A stretch of 61,909 nucleotides of DNA from NCBI GenBank assembly GCA_903948415.1, contig CAJAYO010000569.1:1-61909 (forward strand), written 5' to 3'. The notes beneath the pieces were generated by a model. The model searched no databases, was not told the DNA's origin, and saw nothing but the letters and a program-made list of their open reading frames with translations. A program made the translations under genes and the position numbers. This DNA comes from an uncultured Opitutia bacterium (GTDB lineage Bacteria > Verrucomicrobiota > Verrucomicrobiia > Opitutales > Opitutaceae). Within the stretch, counting starts at the first letter, position 1; each line of letters opens with the position of its first letter. Below are positions 19,623 through 28,005 of the stretch, one piece after another.

Positions 19623-20828
19623 ATGAGTCTCACCGGCAGCCAGCAAAAAATCTTCCTCCGCCTCGTCGCCGCGCTCCGCCCCAACTGGCACAGCGACGTC
19701 AACCTCCCCGCGGGCATCTCCGAACTGTTCGCCGCCAACCGCTCGTTCGGTTCGCGCGACCGCCGCCTGTATCGCGAACTCATCTACACCACGCTGCGCT
19801 TCCTGCCGTGGATTGAGCCGCTCCTCGACACCGATCCCGACCGCGCCGCCAAAGCCGTCGCCTGGCTCGCCGCCGACCTGCCCGCCACCCAGGGCTACCG
19901 CGCCGCCCTCTGCGCCGCCTGGCCCGCCTGCCCGCCCTCGGTCGCCGCCAAGGCCGCGCACCTCGGCGCCAGCGCGGACACCCTGCTGCCCGCGTGGATG
20001 ACCCGCCATTGCCCTGAGGCCGCCGTCGCGCCCAACCTCGACACGCTCCATACCCGCGCCCCGCTCTGGCTCCGCCTGCAGTCCAACGACGCCGCACGCG
20101 TCGTCGCCGAGTTCACCGCGAAACAGTGGCCCACGCGCCGCTCGCCCGTCCTCCCGGGTGCACTCGAAGTTCTCGCCGAGGCCGACGTCACCAAGTCCGA
20201 CGCGTGGACCCACGGCCTCATCGAGGTCCAGGACCTCGGCTCCCAGCTCATTTTGGAATCCGCCGCGATCGCGCCCGGCGGCCGTTGGCTCGACGCCTGC
20301 GCCGGTGCCGGGGGCAAAACCCTCCAGCTCGCCGCACTCCTCGGCCCCAAGGGCCACGTCGACGCGCACGACATCCGCGCCTCCGCCCTCCGCGAACTCG
20401 AGATCCGCGCCACCCGCGCCCGCGCCACGACCATCTCCGTTCTCCCCGCCCTGCCTGCGACCGCCGCCTACGACGGCGTGTTGGTCGACGCCCCGTGCAG
20501 CGGCACCGGGACTTGGCGCCGCGCCCCGCACCTCAAGTGGACGACCAGCGCCGGCCAGGTCAGCACCGCCGCCGAAAAACAACTCGCCCTGCTCGCCCAA
20601 TTTTCCGCGCTCGTGCGCCCCGGCGGCCGTCTCCTTTACGCGACCTGCTCGCTCAGCCACCTGGAAAACGAAGACGTCGTCACCGCCTTCCTCGCCGCCC
20701 ACGGCGATTTCACCGCCGAGCCCCCCGCCCGCGCCTTCGGCGGCACGCCGCGCCGCGTCGGCCTCGCCATTTTGCCCGCCGCCCACAACACCGACGGTTT
20801 CTATGTCGCGTCGCTGCGCCGGAGCTAA
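19623..20828 (+). CDS. RsmB/Sun-family RNA (cytosine-C5) methyltransferase
   Basis: An ATG at 19623 gives MSLTGSQQKIF... The SAM-binding motif is VQDLGSQLILESAAIAPGGRWLDACAGAGGKTLQLA, and the catalytic Cys motifs are VLVDAPCSGTGTWRRAPHLKW and LLYATCSLSHLENE. Confidence 0.8.
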   Translation: MSLTGSQQKIFLRLVAALRPNWHSDVNLPAGISELFAANRSFGSRDRRLYRELIYTTLRFLPWIEPLLDTDPDRAAKAVAWLAADLPATQGYRAALCAAWPACPPSVAAKAAHLGASADTLLPAWMTRHCPEAAVAPNLDTLHTRAPLWLRLQSNDAARVVAEFTAKQWPTRRSPVLPGALEVLAEADVTKSDAWTHGLIEVQDLGSQLILESAAIAPGGRWLDACAGAGGKTLQLAALLGPKGHVDAHDIRASALRELEIRATRARATTISVLPALPATAAYDGVLVDAPCSGTGTWRRAPHLKWTTSAGQVSTAAEKQLALLAQFSALVRPGGRLLYATCSLSHLENEDVVTAFLAAHGDFTAEPPARAFGGTPRRVGLAILPAAHNTDGFYVASLRRS

Positions 20829-20829
20829 A

Positions 20830-20890
20830 GTAGGGCGGACTTCCGTCCGCCTTGGTTAAGCACCCGACGGCGGACTGAAGTCCGCCCTAC
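20830..20890. terminator. pair of inverted copies of a GTAGGGCGGAC-TTC(C/A)-GTCCGCC hairpin element between convergent genes
   Basis: 20830-20851 is GTAGGGCGGACTTCCGTCCGCC. 20869-20890 is its reverse complement with one loop mismatch. Each copy is itself a 7-bp stem with a 4-nt loop. Together they sit between the rsmB-like stop (20828) and the amidohydrolase stop (20894). Confidence 0.55.
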
Positions 20891-20893
20891 TCC

Positions 20894-21868
20894 TCAGACC
20901 GGCTTCCGCAACAGTCCGGCCAGCCGCGTAAACGTTTCCTCGCCGAACCCGAGCGCCCGCTTGATCTGCGCATCGCGCTCCACCGGATTGGCGATCTGCG
21001 CCGTCGCGCGCCACTCGCGCCACCCCATCAGGCCGAACGCCCACATCACCGCGCCCGTGACCGGCACCGGCACGTCGCTGCCGTGCAGCATCCGCGCGGC
21101 CAGCTCCGGCTCGAGCATCCGTTTCAACGCCCCCGGTCGCAGCCGAAAATTGACCGCCGCCAGCGCGCTGTTGTCGCCGTAGAGCCGCGGAAAGCGGCGC
21201 GTCATCTCCACGAACACCTCAAAATAATCGGGATCGATCAGCATCGTCCCCGTGCCGCTGTGCGCCGCGATGCACGTCACGCCGATCTCCAACGCCCGCG
21301 TGAGCACCCGCGGATCCGCCAGTTTCGGCGCGAGCACCGGCAACGTCCGCTCGCTGCCCGTGTGCGCGAGAAGAATCAGCCCGCTCTCCGCCATCCGCTC
21401 GAGAAACCGCGTGTAGCGCACGTCGTTCCAGTCGATGTTCTGGCAATTCGGCAGGCACTTCAGCATCACCGCGCCGCCGGCCAGACAACGCTCCAACTCC
21501 TCCCGCGCGTCGCGCCGCGCCGGATGGATCGACACCGCCGGCAACAACTCGCGGTGCGTGCGGGCGAGCTGCAGCACAAAATCGTTGGGCACATAAAACG
21601 AGCCCGCCTCTCCGATTTTTGTCCCGTCGTCCCGGTGCGGCTCGTCCTGCGCGAGGATCACCACCGCATCGAGCGACGACTCGCGCACGAAGTGCAGCAG
21701 CCGCTCCGCATACAGCCGGTCGAGATCACCCGTGAGCGCACCCGCGGGCAGCCCCACGCTGCGCAGCATGAACGGCGCGCCGTATTTCGTCACGCCGCGC
21801 GGCCGATACCAGCAACCCGTGCCGCCCGTGCCGTTGCCGACGACGTGGACGTGACAGTCGATGCGCAC
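20894..21868 (-). CDS. amidohydrolase-family metal-dependent hydrolase
   Basis: 324 aa. The N-terminal MRIDCHVHVVGNG is the HxH metal-binding motif of TIM-barrel amidohydrolases, and later His/Asp residues are spaced appropriately (LLAHTGSE, IAAHSGTG, HGSDVPV). Confidence 0.6.
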   Translation of the reverse strand: MRIDCHVHVVGNGTGGTGCWYRPRGVTKYGAPFMLRSVGLPAGALTGDLDRLYAERLLHFVRESSLDAVVILAQDEPHRDDGTKIGEAGSFYVPNDFVLQLARTHRELLPAVSIHPARRDAREELERCLAGGAVMLKCLPNCQNIDWNDVRYTRFLERMAESGLILLAHTGSERTLPVLAPKLADPRVLTRALEIGVTCIAAHSGTGTMLIDPDYFEVFVEMTRRFPRLYGDNSALAAVNFRLRPGALKRMLEPELAARMLHGSDVPVPVTGAVMWAFGLMGWREWRATAQIANPVERDAQIKRALGFGEETFTRLAGLLRKPV

Positions 21869-21904
21869 GGCGGGTGGGTTCGCAGCCGGGAACGCTTCAG
21901 AACT

Positions 21905-24130
21905 TCACCGCGGCAGCGCGAGCTCGCGGCACCCCTTGAGGTCGAGCTTGCCCGTGCCCAGCACCGGGATTTTTTCCACCCGCCGGATGAGCTTCGGCAC
22001 CCAGAGCCCCGGCATGCCGCTGGCGAGCAGTTTCTCCCGGATCACGTCGCTCGTAAAATCCAGCGTCGTGAGCAGCACGAGCGCCTCGCCCTTGCTCGCG
22101 TCGGGCACGCCGATGACGACCACGACATAGCCGGCGGTCTGGTCGAGGTCGAACAGCTCGCTGATTTTGTTTTCCACCGTGCCGTGCGGCACCATCTCGC
22201 CGCCGATTTTGGAGAACCGCGACAGCCGGCCCTCGATGAACAGGAATCCGTCCTCGTCGAACCGCCCGAGGTCGCCCGTGACAAACCAACCGTCGCGAAA
22301 CGCCCCCTTCGTCTTCTCCGGGTCGTCGAGATAACCCGCGAACACGTTCGCGCCCCGGAACAGCACCATGCCGGTCTCGGACATCGGCAGTTCCTGCCAC
22401 GTCTCCGGATCCACGACCCGCGCCGTCATGCCGGGCATCATCCGGCCGACGGCTCCGGGCCGGTTGCCGAGCTGCGGCTCGTTCGTCGACACGACGACCG
22501 GCGGATGCGGCTGGTTGATATTCGCGGCCGGCGTCGTCTCCGTCAGCCCGTAGCCCTGCATGATTTCGATGTGAAACGTCTCCCGGAACGTCCGCGCCAG
22601 GTCGTCGGGCAGCTTCTCCGCCCCGGTCACCACGAGATCCAGCGACCGCAGCTCGCCCGGCAGCGCCTTCTTCAGCACGGGCCGGATAAACGTCGGCGCC
22701 CCCAGCAGCACCGTCGCTTTTTCGTCGCGGATCGCCTCGATGATTTTCCGCGTGTCCAACGGGCTCGGCACCGTGACGACGTGGCACCCGCGGAGCAGCG
22801 GATACCAGAGCGTGACCGTGAAACCGAAGCTGTGAAACACCGGCAGGCACCCGAGCAGCGAACACGTCTCGGGCAGGATCGAGAGCGAGGAAATCTGCGC
22901 GCAGTTCGCGAGAATGTTGCGGTGCGACAGCACGACGCCCTTCGGCTCGCCCGAACTCCCGCTCGTGAACAGCAAGCCCGCCTCCTCCCGGTCGCCGCAC
23001 CGCGGCAGCCCGAGCAGATCTGCACACACTTGGTTGGGGAGCACCCATGCCGCGATCAGCCACGGCAACAGCGCGCGTTTGCCGCCGCACGCCTCGATCT
23101 CGGCCTTGAGATCCAGCGTCCGCTCCGGCCACGGAAAATTCGGCAGCTTCGCCCGCACCGCGTCCGCGCTCAACACCGTGGCAATGCCGCCCAGCTTTAA
23201 ACTCGCTTCGATTCCCGCGCGCGCGGTCGTGAAATTCAGGTTCACGGGAATCTTCCCCGCCGCCAGGATCGCGAGATTCGCGATAAACGCCCCCGCCCCC
23301 GGCGGCAGCACGACGCCCACGCGCCGCTCCGGGACCGTTGCGCGGATCCGCCGCGACAGGGCCGCCGCCGCCGCATAGAGCTGTCCGCATGTCACCGCCC
23401 GCCGCCCGAACGTGCGGTCGATCACCTGCACGCGCCCCGGATGTTTCGCGAGCGCCCGGATGCATTCGCGCCCGAGATGCCGCTTCAACACCGGCCGTTC
23501 CTCGAACGCCCGGCACCCCAGATCGAGCAGTTCGCGCCGCGCCCAGGCGGGGCTCACCCGGTCCGGCGCCGTCGCCGTGCCAAACGCGATGAACGCGTGC
23601 GTCGGCAGCAACCGCGGCGACTTCCAGAGATATTTGTTGCCCGCAAACGAGAACACCGAGCCCCACAGCCCGTCGATCGCCGCCGCGATCACGGGCACGT
23701 TCGCCTGGCGGGCCATAACCTCGAAGCCGCGCTGAATTTCCATCAGCTGCCCGGTGCGCGAAATGTGCCCTTCCGGACACAGGCACACCAGCTCCCCCGC
23801 CTTCAGCGCCGCCACCGCCGCTTTCATCCCCGCCCGCGGCTGCTCCACCGAGATCGGGATCGACCCGCTCATTTCAAAACACCAGTTGAAAAACCCATTC
23901 CGCCTCAGTCCCTGGTGGCCGACAAACCGGATCGGCCGCGGACACGCCAGCTGCAGCACGACCACGTCGACGTAGGAAATGTGGTTCGCAATCAGCAATA
24001 CGCCGCCCGTGGACGGGATGTTCCCCGCACCGCTGGTCCGCACACGATAAAGCACGCGCGCAACCGAGCGGGCGATGAGTTCGAGCAAAAACGGGAGGTG
24101 GGAGCGCCGACGAAAGGCGGAATAGGGCAT
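21905..24130 (-). CDS. aas: bifunctional lysophospholipid acyltransferase / acyl-ACP synthetase (Aas-like)
   Basis: 741 aa. The N-terminal PlsC-type HX4D motif is LLIANHISYVDVVVL. The C-terminal AMP-binding domain shows LLFTSGSSGEPKGVVLSHRN, MQGYGLTETT, GWFVTGDLG and GKLDLK. Confidence 0.85.
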   Translation of the reverse strand: MPYSAFRRRSHLPFLLELIARSVARVLYRVRTSGAGNIPSTGGVLLIANHISYVDVVVLQLACPRPIRFVGHQGLRRNGFFNWCFEMSGSIPISVEQPRAGMKAAVAALKAGELVCLCPEGHISRTGQLMEIQRGFEVMARQANVPVIAAAIDGLWGSVFSFAGNKYLWKSPRLLPTHAFIAFGTATAPDRVSPAWARRELLDLGCRAFEERPVLKRHLGRECIRALAKHPGRVQVIDRTFGRRAVTCGQLYAAAAALSRRIRATVPERRVGVVLPPGAGAFIANLAILAAGKIPVNLNFTTARAGIEASLKLGGIATVLSADAVRAKLPNFPWPERTLDLKAEIEACGGKRALLPWLIAAWVLPNQVCADLLGLPRCGDREEAGLLFTSGSSGEPKGVVLSHRNILANCAQISSLSILPETCSLLGCLPVFHSFGFTVTLWYPLLRGCHVVTVPSPLDTRKIIEAIRDEKATVLLGAPTFIRPVLKKALPGELRSLDLVVTGAEKLPDDLARTFRETFHIEIMQGYGLTETTPAANINQPHPPVVVSTNEPQLGNRPGAVGRMMPGMTARVVDPETWQELPMSETGMVLFRGANVFAGYLDDPEKTKGAFRDGWFVTGDLGRFDEDGFLFIEGRLSRFSKIGGEMVPHGTVENKISELFDLDQTAGYVVVVIGVPDASKGEALVLLTTLDFTSDVIREKLLASGMPGLWVPKLIRRVEKIPVLGTGKLDLKGCRELALPR

Positions 24131-24458
24131 GAGCGCGGAGGAGTTATGGCGCCAAATTCGGCGGAGTTTCCAAGCTTTTTATCCGGGCAACGCAGCCGCG
24201 ACGGATAGGCCTTACCGTCGCGCACCACGCGTTTGCGGTCACGCCGGTGCCGCGGAGATGCCCTCGGCGCCGACCCGCTCGTCGCTCGCCGTCACCCACG
24301 CCGCTGCGAAGGTTTTCGGGGGGGCACTTCCTCGACCAGGCCGGTTCCCTCGCCGTGGCGTTCCGTTCCAGGCTCGCCAGCGTGGCGCGGCACTCGTCCC
24401 TCCGTTGCGCGCCCAGCCCCGCGGTCACTGGCCCAACCGCGTCCATCCAGATCGAGCG

Positions 24459-25100
24459 TCAACGGTTGATTTTGCCCCATTCCCGCACGTCCGCGGCGAG
24501 CGCGCGAAAGCCCGGGAAATCGTGCTCCAGCCGCCGCGGATCGCGCCGCAGCCGTTCCAACTCGTGCAGCGCGCACCGGATCTCGTGCGGCAGGCTCGGG
24601 CGGTCCGTCCCGTAGGCCCGCCATTTCAACTCCGCCCGCGAGTAGGGCGCCCGCCCGCCGTCCTGCCCGGCGAGCCACGCCGCCTCCGTCACGCCGGGGT
24701 CGCGCCCGCACAGCAGCCACGCCTCCAGCGCGGGCACCGCCACGCCCACGGCCCGCAGCACCCGCGCCCGGCCGTGCGCCGCCGGAAATTTCTTCGTCGT
24801 CCGGTGAAAAATCCCGCGCAACTGGCACATCCGGCAATGCGGATGAAAATACCCCGGCGCATCGTGCGCCGCCGTGTGCACCACCGAATCGTCCGAGTCG
24901 CAACTCACGACGAGCGCATCGGTGTCCGTGTTGAAATGCAGATGCCGGATCACCGCCGGCAGCAGTTGCGCGACGTTCGGCCACCCGCGCGCCCGCAGCC
25001 CGGGCGACACAAACTGCGGCGGCGCGCCCAGCACCGCCTCGACCAACACCCGCAGCACCGCCTCGTCGGCCGGCGACTCGCTCAACAGCGCCACTTTCAT
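24459..25100 (-). CDS. small Toprim-like protein (DUF4276/RloB/AriB-like, putative nuclease partner of the upstream ATPase)
   Basis: An internal ATG at 25100 in ORF 24459..25139 gives MKVALLSESPADEAVLRVLVEAVLG... (213 aa). The first beta-strand ends in acidic residues (SESPADE, compare the Toprim Glu), and a DxD-type motif VVSCDSDDSV lies ~70 aa later. The ATG overlaps the ATPase stop as ATGA (25100-25097). Confidence 0.55.
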   Translation of the reverse strand: MKVALLSESPADEAVLRVLVEAVLGAPPQFVSPGLRARGWPNVAQLLPAVIRHLHFNTDTDALVVSCDSDDSVVHTAAHDAPGYFHPHCRMCQLRGIFHRTTKKFPAAHGRARVLRAVGVAVPALEAWLLCGRDPGVTEAAWLAGQDGGRAPYSRAELKWRAYGTDRPSLPHEIRCALHELERLRRDPRRLEHDFPGFRALAADVREWGKINR

Positions 25101-26077
25101 CGTTCCTCCGGCACGCCGCCGAGGATGCCGCTGAACCACATGTCGCCGAGCGAGCCTTCGCTCAACAGTTCCTTGAGATCCGCCCGGTCCGCCAGCCGTT
25201 CGAAGCGCGCCTCGGCCCCGTGTTTCTGCGCGATCACAATCTCCTCCGGGTGCTCCCGGAACAAATCCAGCAGGTACGGCGAATGCGTCGTCGCGATCAC
25301 CTGCACGGCCCGCCGCGCGAGCCCGAACGACTGCGGATAACTCAGCCGGTAGAGCACGTCGCGCACCTCGCGCAACATCCGCGGATGAATGCCCCGGTCG
25401 ATCTCCTCAATGCACAGCACCGACGGCGGATCGGGATCGAACGCCAGCGCGAGCATCCCCAGCAGATAAAGCGTGCCCTGCGACAGATTGTCCGCCGTCA
25501 CCACCTCGCCGTTGTCGAGCCGCAGGCCAAACTCCGCCGCGCCCGCCGCGTCCTCCGTCACCTCGAGTCCGCAAAACTCCGGCAGGAGCCGGATCGCCTC
25601 GGCCGTCAGCGCCGCAAACTCCGCCGGCGCCCGCGTGCGCAACGTCGCCAACACCGCCGCCAGATTCCCGCCGCCGGCCGACAACTCCGCACCCGTGCGC
25701 ACCAGCGACGGCTCGGCCATCGCCTCCTGGTCCAGCCGATACGAGCGGATGTGGGCGATCATCGCGCGCACGACGGGCCACTCGGGCGCCTCCGCCGGCA
25801 CCACCCGCAGCAAATCGCAGACATGGTCCGACAGGCAGCCCAGGTTCACGTGCACCGTGTCGTGCGGCGGCCAGAAACGAAACTCGATCTGCGGACCGCC
25901 GGTCTTCGGCTCGCCCTCGGCCAGCGGCAGCTTCGCCAGCGTCCGCAGCCGCAACAGCGCCTGAATCAGGCTCGTCTTGCCGCTCCCGTTCGGGCCGATG
26001 ACCAGATTGAACGGCGCGAGCACGAGGCTGGTTTCCCGCAACGCTTTGAAATTTCGAAATGCGACAGACGCGATCAC
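25097..26077 (-). CDS. ABC-type (SMC/OLD-like, AAA_21/AAA_15-type) ATPase
   Basis: 326 aa with a GTG start. VIASVAFRNFKALRETSLVLAPFNLVIGPNGSGKTSLIQAL carries the Walker A. The ABC signature is DNLSQGTLYLLGM, Walker B/D-loop is VLCIEEIDRGIHP and the H-loop is VIATTHSPYLL. The start overlaps the upstream stop as GTGA (26077-26074). Confidence 0.8.
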   Translation of the reverse strand: MIASVAFRNFKALRETSLVLAPFNLVIGPNGSGKTSLIQALLRLRTLAKLPLAEGEPKTGGPQIEFRFWPPHDTVHVNLGCLSDHVCDLLRVVPAEAPEWPVVRAMIAHIRSYRLDQEAMAEPSLVRTGAELSAGGGNLAAVLATLRTRAPAEFAALTAEAIRLLPEFCGLEVTEDAAGAAEFGLRLDNGEVVTADNLSQGTLYLLGMLALAFDPDPPSVLCIEEIDRGIHPRMLREVRDVLYRLSYPQSFGLARRAVQVIATTHSPYLLDLFREHPEEIVIAQKHGAEARFERLADRADLKELLSEGSLGDMWFSGILGGVPEER

Positions 26078-27425
26078 GCGACACTCTCAACCGGATTTCC
26101 CGCCGCCGCCAGCCCGCAAATGCCCGCTCTCCCCAGCCGCGCTTGCACCGTCCGCCGGTCCCGATCGAGCCGCCGCGCCGTCTCCTCGATGCTCCCCGCC
26201 TGCGCGAACACGATGCGCGTGTCGCGCCGCAACAGCTCCTCCGCCGTCAGCGCCCCGGACTCCATGAGGACATTCCAGTCCTCGGCCCCGGCCCGCACCA
26301 GCGGCCCCGCCGGCCGGTCGTCCGCGCGCAAAACCAGATTCCGCCCGCACGGCTCGCGTTCGCGAAAATTCCCCCGCCACGGCTGCCGCGCCCCGAGCGC
26401 CGTCTCGATCCACGCCAGCGCCCCGCGCGTGCACTCCGCCGCCTCGTCCTCCCCGCGCAACCGCCCCGCGATGTGCGTCACCAGCGTCGACCATTCGTCG
26501 GGCGACGCGTCGAGCTGCTCGCGCAGCGACGGCGTCGCGAGCTGGTCGGAGCACAGGCGGTAATAAAAATCCTCCCGGAACCGCCCGGCCCGCCTCTCCG
26601 CCGGCCGGTCGCGGTTCGTCGCCGCGATGATCTTCGCCGCGAAGCGCCGCGACTCCGTTCCGCCCGGCGGCGGAAACGCGCGCGCCTGCAGCACCCGCAA
26701 CCGCTTCACCTGAATGTCCGTCCCCACCTCGCCGATCTCATCGAGGAACACCGCCCCCGTCGGCGGACACACCTCCATCCAACCCGCCCGGTCCGCCAAC
26801 GCCCCGGAAAACGCGCCGCGCCGGTGACCGAACAACGCCGACTCAATCAGCGTGGGCGACAGCGCGGCCAGGTTCAGCGGGAAAAACCCCGCGGCAAAAT
26901 CTTGCGTGAACGCCCCGCGCTTCGGCGCGGAGGGCACGTAACGCGAAAGCGCGCGGGCCCGCGCGACCAGTTCTTTGCCCGTGCCCGACGGCCCGTTGAT
27001 CAGCCTGGAGAAATCCCCCTCCGCGCGTGCCGGCCGCGGCGATCGCGCCCCAGATCGTGCGTGAAGAGTGACTGCCGGATCGCCGCCCGCAACCGCGCCA
27101 TCGGCGCCGATCCGCCCACGCGCGAGCGGAAAATAGTGTGCACGGCCCGCCGGATTTGACACGCGCTCGCCAACCGCTGCGACGCCGGCTGCGGCCCGAT
27201 GCGCTCCCCCAGCCCCGGCAACGCGAAAAGCTTTTCCGCCTCCGCCCGAAACGCCGGAAAACTCGCCGTCGCCGTCGGCGGGCGCGTGTTCCACTCCGCC
27301 TCGTGCTCCTGAAAATCCGCGCCCAACGCCGCGCGTTCCGCCGCGATCCGCTCCGGCAAAAACGGATTCGGCCCGTTCATCCCGTGCACCGCCTCCGCCA
27401 AACGCCGGTCGGCCGGACTGAACAC
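26074..27425 (-). pseudogene. sigma54-dependent transcriptional activator (bEBP, AAA+ plus Fis-type HTH), split by a -1 frame change
   Basis: The N-terminal part is in ORF 27000..27425 (probable ATG at 27380: MNGPNPFLPERIAAER...VGGSAPMARLRAAIRQSLFTHDLG). The AAA+ part is in the 26074.. frame: LINGPSGTGKELVARA (Walker A), ESALFGHRRGAFSGA (GAFTGA-loop variant), AVFLDEIGEV (Walker B), LRVLQ, GRFREDFYYRL, and C-terminal SIEETARRLDRDRRTVQARL (HTH). The two frames join if one G is added to the GGGG run (plus-strand CCCC at 27048-27051). Confidence 0.7.
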
Positions 27426-27564
27426 GGCCCCGGGAGCTTTGCTCGTTTTTGCCCTGTTTTGTCAGTCGCCTGCCGTTTTCTGCCAATCCACGGCACGCGT
27501 CCGCGCGGGGCAAAAAACCAATGACCCAAGGACCGCAGCAGGTAACGCGCTTCGCATCCGCCGC

Positions 27565-27579
27565 GGCACGGCCCGGGCA
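27565..27579 (+). promoter_or_regulatory. candidate sigma54 (-24/-12) promoter
   Basis: GGCAC-GGCCC-GGGCA: GG at 27565-66 and GC at 27577-78 match the canonical TGGCAC-N5-TTGCA spacing. It lies ~40 nt upstream of the ATG at 27620 and is divergent from the bEBP gene. Confidence 0.35.
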
Positions 27580-27619
27580 ATGGCCGGCGGCGTCGCTCCA
27601 CCGCGTCACCCTCCCCTCC

Positions 27620-27811
27620 ATGAAATTCCCGCCTCGTCTCCGCGCCGGTCTCGCCGCACTCGCCGCACTGGCCGCGGGCGCCGCCTCCGCTTTCGCCGCC
27701 GGCACGCTCCTTCCCACCGACGCCCCTCACGCCCCACTCCAGATCCGCGTCCACCAGGTCAATGTGACGCGCAATAACGGGTTTGCGCAGACCGCGGTGC
27801 TCCAGACGTTC
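27620..27811 (+). pseudogene. 5' remnant (about 64 codons) of a VIT-domain (VIT/vWA-type) secreted protein gene
   Basis: MKFPPRLRAGLAALAALAAGAASAFAAGTLLPTDAPHAPLQIRVHQVNVTRNNGFAQTAVLQTF is a signal peptide plus the typical start of a VIT domain. Beyond 27811 the frame turns into Ser/Pro/Arg/Cys-rich nonsense. Confidence 0.5.
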
Positions 27812-28005
27812 TCCCGTGGCTCACTCTCGCCCTCGCCGCCGCGACGATGGTCGTCCCGCTCCTCCCCGGCGCGGCGGGGGGACTGCCATGCGACCGCGCG
27901 GCGCTGGCCCGCGGTGAGCTGTGGCGCTTGTTCACCGCGCACCTCGCGCACTTCGGCCCCAATCACCTGCTCTGGGACCTCGCGGTCTTTCTCGTGCTCG
28001 GCGGC
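27811..28005 (+). pseudogene. 5' remnant of a rhombosortase/rhomboid-family intramembrane protease gene
   Basis: A different frame from 27811 reads LPWLTLALAAATMVVPLLPGAAGGLPCDRAALARGELWRLFTAHLAHFGPNHLLWDLAVFLVLG. This matches TM1 and the DR-x-A-x3-GE-WWRL-T-x-H-x-H-x4-HL-x-N-L region of rhombosortases. Only ~65 residues are recognisable, and uvrA starts ~210 bp later, so the remaining ~130 codons are missing. Confidence 0.5.

Noticed and set aside
14430-20786. A 2118-aa ORF, and similarly 12160..17247 (1695 aa), that would be giant proteins.
   Set aside because: Only the C-terminal ~923 aa (ppc) and ~736 aa (glgB) look like real proteins. The upstream parts are Gly/Arg/Ala/Glu-rich, run antisense to lptD, the rsmB-like gene and ppc, and exist only because stop codons are rare in this GC-rich DNA. 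They were trimmed to internal starts.
24144-24446. A 100-aa ORF just downstream of the Toprim-like gene, considered as a possible fourth cassette component.
   Set aside because: It has several AGG/CGA/ATA codons that real genes here avoid, an Arg/Gly-rich composition and no motif. It runs into the aas promoter/start region. It is more likely non-coding.
27492-27506. A second GGCAC motif (CGGCACGCGTCCGCGC), considered as a sigma54 promoter.
   Set aside because: The GC dinucleotide is one position off the required GG-N10-GC spacing. The element at 27565-27579 fits better.
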